Part shown: one piece after another, positions 55,020 to 64,000 of the stretch
Layout: every line of letters starts with the position of its first letter
Numbering within the stretch: position 1 is the first letter of the stretch
Source: Adineta vaga
Taxonomy: Eukaryota; Animalia; Rotifera
DNA length: 64,000 nt
Direction of reading: 5' to 3'
Assembly (NCBI GenBank): GCA_021613535.1
Contig: CP075496.1
Coordinates: 7,688,001 to 7,752,000 of the forward strand
Position numbers and translations under genes: made by a program
Notes under the pieces: model-generated
What the model was told of the DNA's origin: nothing
The model's input: the letters and a program-made list of their open reading frames with translations, nothing else
The model's database searches: none

Positions 55020-55027
55020 TTTTTATA
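55020..55027 (-). promoter_or_regulatory. TATA box of the polyubiquitin gene
   Basis: Minus-strand TATAAAAA about 25 nt upstream of an initiator-like TCATTTC. A 5'UTR intron follows (GTAAGT donor ~54946, acceptor just before the ATG). Confidence 0.55.
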
Positions 55028-55602
55028 TGGGGTGAACTGGGACTTTTTTCTTCTCTTTTTCGCTTTTCGTTCTTCGTCAAGAGTGCAGCTGACGCCAAGT
55101 TTCTTTCTCTCATCATCCAATCGGTTATTTCTCTTTTCCTCGGTACACAGCGATAAACATATCGCGAGGAAAAGAGTCATGTATGCCCTCGTCGTCGTTG
55201 TCGTCATGTGAAGCTAGATGAGAATAGGAAGAAGAAAAAAGAATGTATGATGAGCTACCCTATAAAGTAGACGCGGACAGGGTCGAGATATTTGTTAAAA
55301 AGGGCGATTTCTCTTTTGTTATAATCATAATGACGTACTGAATGTTGAAAGACTGATGCAAGGTAGAATATAATCAACAAGAAAGAAAAAAACAAATACT
55401 AAACGCGCAAAGAAAATTCCAAGCAATGTTGATTTAATATGATGTATAATAAACTGGAAAAAAAAGTTTGAAGCATTATCCTTGAAATGTTTAAAAGAAA
55501 ACATGGCAATTATAGTTGCTTCGCCGATTTTATTGTTATATTTTTCAGAAGGACTCGTTGAAAAACGTTCGAGCTTTCTTTCTTGATGACTTCTGATTCA
55601 TA

Positions 55603-55619
55603 TGAGTCATCTTCTAGAA
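55603..55619. promoter_or_regulatory. AP-1/TRE site (TGAGTCA) next to a heat-shock-element core (TTCTAGAA) upstream of polyubiquitin
   Basis: tgagtca at 55603-55609 and ttctagaa at 55612-55619. Polyubiquitin genes are commonly HSF-inducible. Short motifs, so a chance match is possible. Confidence 0.35.
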
Positions 55620-56178
55620 CAATCTTCTCTCACAATGAACAACTCATACGTTAATTATTTCTTCCAGTATAGCTGGATGATTTCTCTTTCACTAGAATAA
55701 ATAGAATCATATTCTTCGACGAGCTCAGAAATGTATAGTTGCGTCGTTGTTGCTACTATTGACAAGCAGTACGGTTTTTTTTCTCCCTAGACACTAAACA
55801 GATCTCTTTGAAGAGTTCGTTTCAATATGATCTGTTTATAAATAAACAGCCGACTGCACTGAATGCTCCATTGAGAAGAATGGGATCATTAAATTCATGA
55901 AATTGAGTCAATTATTCTATGAAAAGAACAACTTTTTTTAAAGCAAAGTCCATTTTCAGATTCTAGTATAATATTCTGAGCAGAGATTGACTCTGATTGC
56001 AACAGATAAAATATCATAATAAACTGAGTTTGTCACGATTAGTGCAAGCTTGATGATATGTGATAATTCAAACAGTATCTAATTTATTTTCTGTGATAAT
56101 ATCAATGATAGTAGAAAAACAAAACTTTGGTTTTTTTTCTTATTTATTTATCTATTGATTTGAAAAACAAAACAAAAA

Positions 56179-57832
56179 TCACACTCGTGGATACCAGACA
56201 TGAGGTAAACGTTGTTTTTGTTGTTTCAATACATCAGTATGATATTCATCTGGATAACGATAATATGAATCATAACGTTTCTCATCCATGCGTGCTAATC
56301 GTTCTACAGTAGCATTTTCTTGAACAGTTTCCTAGAAATAAAACAAAAAGATTAATCTTTCTCTTTTTTTGTTAAATAAAAATAAAGTTAAACAAACCCA
56401 ATGTCGTCGTCTCAAATATTTATACCATCCATAACGTGTTTTACTTTGGTTGCATACCATGGTTCATACTGTTCCGCTGTTTGTCGTTTATCTAAAGTTC
56501 GTCCTTCGAAACAAAGACGTTCAAAATCTAGATCTTCATCAGGATCAATTTCTAATGATGTTCGTGTTGGTTGACCATTGCTTGGACTTGCTAATAAATG
56601 AGGGAAATAATCACGTTCAGGACGATATTCAACTAAATGTAATTGTTTAGCATTTGCCCAATCTTGATACGTTTTCTAAGTAGAAAATGCAACTTTCTTT
56701 AATTGTGTTCAAAAATAAAGAAATTAGTTTCTTACTTGTTTTAATAAACCACGGATAAAAGCTTTAGTAATATTTTGTGGATTGATTGCGCCATCAATTT
56801 TAGCATACATATCTTTTATTCCGATTAATTTACAGAGTAAAGCTATGATACGATGACATCGAAGACCATAACCTGGTGGTCGTTTTTCACAGCGAACTTT
56901 AGTAAAATAGTAGGGTTCATAAAAATCATGAAAGATTGTATGTCCATCACAGACTGGAATATAAAGTAGTTGACGTGCAGCGATAGTTTTTGCTTTTTGC
57001 AAACCTTGTTGAGCATCTTGTGTTAATGCTTTACCATAACCTTTAGAAATAAAAACAAAGATTTTCCTAATACATAATTATTCATGGATAAAGTTCTTTT
57101 TCTACTAACCAACAAGACCTTGACCATTTCCAACAGCAACAAAAGCTGATGTGAATTTTTTTCGACCAATTTTTCCAATTGTACGTTGTAAAGTTTTGAA
57201 TTCGACAAGTCGAGAATCAAAATTGTCAAAAGTTACTAAATTCAACGAACAATTCAATGATGATTTTGTTTTCAAAATATCAATCGTATACTTTCATTCA
57301 TTGAATTAGGTTGACCGAGACTTTTACCAGCTGGACTACCACCAGTAAAACCACGTTCACTTGGTGGAATTGATAAACGACGAAAACGATCGAGACGATT
57401 GCGCACTTCTAATAAATTTTGTTCACGCATCGGATCTGGTGCTCTTTCTGCAATAGGAACAGGATCTCGTCCTTGCATTACAGGAGCATTTAAACCAGGC
57501 CATTGAATATTTGATTTTCCTATATAATCAAATGAAGATGAATTCATAGAAATCTTCATATATGAAGTCATTACCTTGACCAATTCGTTGACCAAGATTT
57601 AGATCTTTAAATTTCGTAGCACCACGTCGTTTTGCTCGACCTCGTTTTGCACCAGCATTACTGACAGAAGTAATTGTTTTCCATAGATCTTGTGCAGTGA
57701 CTAAATACGAAGATTTATTATATTTATTAAATAGTTTTCCAATTACTAACCATTCGTATAAACACTTGTCCGTACAGGCATTAACATTACTTGTGGACAT
57801 TTTCTAACGTAATTCAAAAGTGCACCTAACAT
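56179..57832 (-). CDS. MRPS5: Mitochondrial ribosomal protein uS5m
   Basis: MLGALLNYVRKCPQVMLMPVRTSVYTN/VTAQDLWKTITSVSNAGAKRGR...QRIGQG/KSNIQWPGLNAPV...FVAVGNGQGLV/GYGK...HTIFHDF...GYGLRCHR...LIGIKDMYAKIDGAINPQNITKAF; TGA at 56179-56181. Confidence 0.95.
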
Positions 57833-57993
57833 CTGAAGATATAAAATTTCAATTTCAATCAATTAAGATACTATCAAATCGTTTTTCTTCCTATGAAAGA
57901 TATGTACATCATATACAAACGAAAATGAACTGGAATATCAAAAAAAAATAAGAACAGAAAGAAAAAAGAGAATTTTATAGAAAAATAGAAGTA

Positions 57994-63148
<5,155 letters not shown>

Positions 63149-63686
63149 GTCGGACGTTAGAAATCAAACGAATGTTTTAGTAAAGAAAGCATTATTCTTT
63201 TACTGAATCGAATTGAAATGATATATTCTTTATATAGTTGATTCTACCAATCCGATGGAATAGTATTTACATAACATATTGATGAATCGTGACACCTATC
63301 GAAAAACAAGTTGTAGTATATATCAAGCAGTTCTTAGTCTGAATATGAATGAAACTATTAATTAGAGTAATCGATACTGTAATCTTGAATTGATTTTCAC
63401 TACATCATTTCTATTTGATCTATATATACACAATGAAGACAGTTTGTGTAAGCAAAATTTTATTAAACATTGACGAAGAAAAATGAAAATATTCAAACAT
63501 TCATCATAAAATCCAATCAGTAAGTTATTTATATTTGCAAAATATATACATATGCTTATAAATAATATAAGTATATTGGGTTTTTACGATATATTATTTT
63601 ATTATTCGACGTCAGTCATTCAATATATTTGTCTATTTGTTCATCTGGTATAGTTATATATATCTTGAGATGTAATGATGATTTTT

Positions 63687-64000
63687 TTAAACTTCGAATG
63701 CTGTTAAAGTCTAAAATAGGAGAAAAAACATACTTATCATATGAAATATCTCATGAATGATAAGTTTCCAAATAGAAAAATTTTAGGGATAGACTTGTAT
63801 ATATAGTGAAAGAGTTTGTATACTTCTCTTCTTTACCTTGTTTTCTTGAGCAGCTTCTTTTAGAAAAGTTAAACCTTGTGCAGCAATTCGATTATTTTGA
63901 AGATTTAATCGAGTTAAAGTCTAAATTAGATAATAATCATTGAAACAAAGTTTATATTTATTATAAGAAAACTATTCACTTAACCTTATTTTTACGTATC
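63687..64000 (-). CDS. 3' end of an RI-type leucine-rich-repeat (NLRC3-like LRR) protein, partial
   Basis: An 84-nt phase-0 exon (63837-63920) encodes one 28-aa LRR, TLTRLNLQNNRIAAQGLTFLKEAAQENK. The preceding exon ends IRKNK|GT at 63985, and the terminal exon TLTAFEV* is 63687-63710. Confidence 0.8.

Overview
AT-rich eukaryotic (metazoan) genomic DNA with compact genes and mostly 45-65 bp introns. The style and gene content suggest a bdelloid rotifer, but this is inference and is not proven by the window. I spliced about 18 protein-coding loci by hand, most on the minus strand: cohesin SMC1 and SMC3, a DxD glycosyltransferase-like protein, SoxB1, endophilin B, a trypsin-like protease, a NudC/NUDT12-13-like NADH pyrophosphatase, a PX-only SNX15-like protein, COQ9, a WDR43/UTP5-like protein lacking WD40 repeats with an ankyrin gene nested in one intron, PUS10, DIM1, a GT7 galactosyltransferase, HDAC3, polyubiquitin, MRPS5 and the 3' end of an LRR gene. 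There is also a MITE-like foldback element and a probable pseudogene relic. The main finding is a ~23-exon, ~1000-aa plus-strand gene (10821-15158) that the ORF track shows only as fragments. It splices without stops, and its C-terminal region resembles CATSPERB, the beta auxiliary subunit of the sperm CatSper Ca2+ channel, which would be notable in a lineage with no known males. Other findings: an in-frame TGA at the conserved YPR arginine of the intronless Nudix gene, a 2-bp frameshift in polyubiquitin unit 2, a GC-donor cassette exon in COQ9, operon-like gene spacing, and an expanded S/TQ loop in SMC1. All homology calls come from recalled motifs, not database searches.
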